From assembly GCF_036321535.1 (NCBI RefSeq), contig NC_087447.1:32366001-32430000 (forward strand): a stretch of DNA of 64,000 bases, in the 5' to 3' direction. The position numbers and the translations under genes are program-made. Positions 61,521 through 64,000 of the stretch are shown one piece after another. Below the pieces are notes generated by a model that worked only from the letters and a program-made list of their open reading frames with translations, did no database searches and was not told the DNA's origin. Positions within the stretch are counted from its first letter, which is position 1. Each line of letters begins with the position of its first letter. The stretch is from Camelus dromedarius (lineage: Eukaryota).

Positions 61521-64000
61521 TAACTATCACCTTATGCAAATTCACAGAGCATACTGCATATTGGTATATTAGACTCTGAGAAGCATTCCTTTTAAACATA
61601 TTTTAATTCAATTCAGTATATCTGAAATAAATATAGAACTTCCCCACTTTCCCCCTCCACTTCCCACCTTCCCAACCACGCCCCTGACTTTTGTTTTTCT
61701 TAGAACACCAGTTGAAATCCCGTGAAATGCCTTTTGAAAAATCCTGCTTTAGCAAGAAGGGACTTGGAGGGAAACTATTAGAATGGAAAGAGATCCTGAT
61801 AGTCACCTAACACCACACACCCACTATTCACTCCATGAGCGAGATATGGCCCACTTGACCCTGGGGACTTCTAGGGTTTTTGTTTTAAACATGATTACCA
61901 TTCATGATCTTTTGAGCCATTGGGACCTTACCGTCTGTTTCTCTTTGAGACTAACTGCCTAGGTATCAGGCTATCTGACATGAATCAGTAAGTCATTCTT
62001 TTTGATGCTGATAGTAACTCATTATGCAGTTCGAGCTATTCATGTTTTATTTTACTAACATTTCATCTCAGGACAACAGAGATCCTTATGAAAGATTCCT
62101 GCCAGAAGGGAAATAGACTTTGATATGGACTCGAAATGCACTTTACTTGTGTTTGGGTTATACACCCATTGTGGACCATCTGACTAACCTCTGTTTTCAA
62201 CTGAAAATATTAAACTAGGTAAACACATGTGCTTAGATGTCTAATTATGTTGTAGACACCAAAGGAAAACAAAAAGGCATTTTCCTGTGTTTCAAACTCT
62301 GTATTTGGCCAATGGAATAAATCAGCCCAGAAGGTGTTCAGTGGCAAACATGTGATTTGGACCACAAAATGCTGCTTGTTATCTCTTGATAAAAGAATAC
62401 TGTGATATGGGAAATGAAGTCATTGCAATGTGCAGTGAGAGGTGCGTGAAGGAAAGAAATTGAGCTTGAACGGGAAGGTCCTATAACAGATAGTTCTCAG
62501 AAAACCATTAGTGAACTGGTTCCAGTGCTTTAAAAAAAAAAAAACAAAAAAAAACAAAAGAAACAAGACAAAGGCTCCTTTTATGCCAAACATAGAAGTA
62601 GAGGAAACTTAACAACTGCTTTGGTGAACCTTTGGTCAACGCCTCAAGTCTCTGGTGGGAAAGAGCTGTGAGCCCAGAAAGCAGGTTCAGGTTTCTTGGG
62701 AGCACATAATAACAGACCAAATAAGGCTTTGCTTTTGCTTTTTTTGTTTTTTTTTTGTTTTGTTTTGTTTTCTCATCCAAATGCAGTTTAAAGGAGGCTT
62801 GGGTTTCCTAAATTCCAGCCTTCTTGGGCAGGTCTTGATAAGATTATGTGGTCTTTTCCTGAAAGACCTCAATTATTCCTTTCATGCCTTTCCAGGCACA
62901 GTATATTTTTTCCTCTGCTATCTGATTGATAAAGTTTTCTGCATACTGTTCTCTCCCTTCCCCCTGCTGCAGCTGTAGAAATGACTCAGAAATGAGACAG
63001 TAAACTGTGTTCTTTTGATAGTTTTTCTTCATTAAGAAAACTCTTCATTATGTGCCGTTCTCATGTTTGAGACTCCAAGTGATAGGAGCTGTCTCCTTAT
63101 AAGCAGTTAAGTCCTGAATTACAGTTTTCCTAGCATACTTTCCCCCAGGCCTGTTAGCTCTTTTTATGTCAAAACAACAAAAACACTTAGCTTGAAAGTG
63201 GGTGAGGTGTGAGGATGTCGAACAATAAATGGTAGTTTTTAGAGAAAGTGGTTCTTGAATTGTGTCAAAGTAGAATTCGAAGACTCAAATACCTGGTAGA
63301 ATTTGAGCAAAAAGGTGATAATGAGTGAAACTGGCCAACTGTCCAAAAACTAAATGCTCATTCCTGATGGTAATAAGCAACTGACATTAGGTCAGTGAGG
63401 ATAAGATCACAGGGAATCCTGGCAAACTATAGCGGGCGTGCTCTAGCTAAGGTCAAATACTGTTTCCTGTAGCCATGGGAGAATACTGACTCAATGGTGG
63501 TGGCCTTTCAAGGGAAACTATATATCTAGATTTTAAATATTGGCCACCATTTCATAAAAACAAATGGATGAACATGTCCAACAGAATGGGCTGACTGTCA
63601 CTGGTTCTTGACTTCAGTAGACTCACTCCTATTGCCACATTTCGCTGCCCTTCGGAACTAGAACCTTCCAGTAGCAGGCACCTTTTAGATGCCTTTCTGG
63701 TGTTGGTTTTCAGTGTACAGGTATCGTAAGTGTTTTTAGCTTCTGATTCTAACAGTTAAAAGAGCCAGCAGGGGGAACCCACAGACTGTGTGACTTAAAA
63801 CTAAAGTAATAGTTTTTTTTTTTTTTTTTAATTTATACGTAGAACAACTTTCAAAGCAATTTTGAGGACCAGCAACCAGCTTCCAGCTGTCTGGTCACCA
63901 ATTTGAGTTGTATCTTACATACCTAACCCTTGTGTTCATGTGTCTAATGAAATATTGCTATGCCAATCATCGTTTATGTAATTGGAAACATTGAATGCAA

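Overview
Mammalian genomic DNA, probably a camelid (a Vic-1-type tRNA-derived SINE is present; I saw no Alu, Bov-A/BovB or PRE-1). There are no prokaryotic features. The window holds the 5' part of ANO5 (anoctamin-5/TMEM16E) on the minus strand: a CpG-island promoter with coding exon 1 at about 35 kb, then exons 2-8 running down to about 3 kb. All eight exons have GT donors, exons 2-8 have AG acceptors, and the spliced frame is open. Exon 9 onward lies left of base 1. About 28 kb of upstream intergenic DNA follows, rich in L1, L2, MIR, MaLR/ERV LTRs and DNA-transposon relics. Most interesting: (1) a strong-Kozak ATG 420 nt upstream of, and in frame with, the canonical ANO5 start, predicting a 140-aa charged N-terminal extension; (2) a candidate muscle-type TATA promoter (CAGCTG E-boxes, MEF2-like site, CACCC box) with a short first exon and perfect donor at about 55.2 kb, divergent from ANO5; (3) an intact CpG-rich ERV1-like solo LTR pointing toward ANO5; (4) an MBNL/RBFOX/CA-repeat motif cluster around the 42-nt exon 4; (5) several rearranged L1 insertions and a U6 retrocopy. 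Repeat family names and comparisons with human ANO5 come from memory, not from a search. Boundaries of old repeats are approximate.
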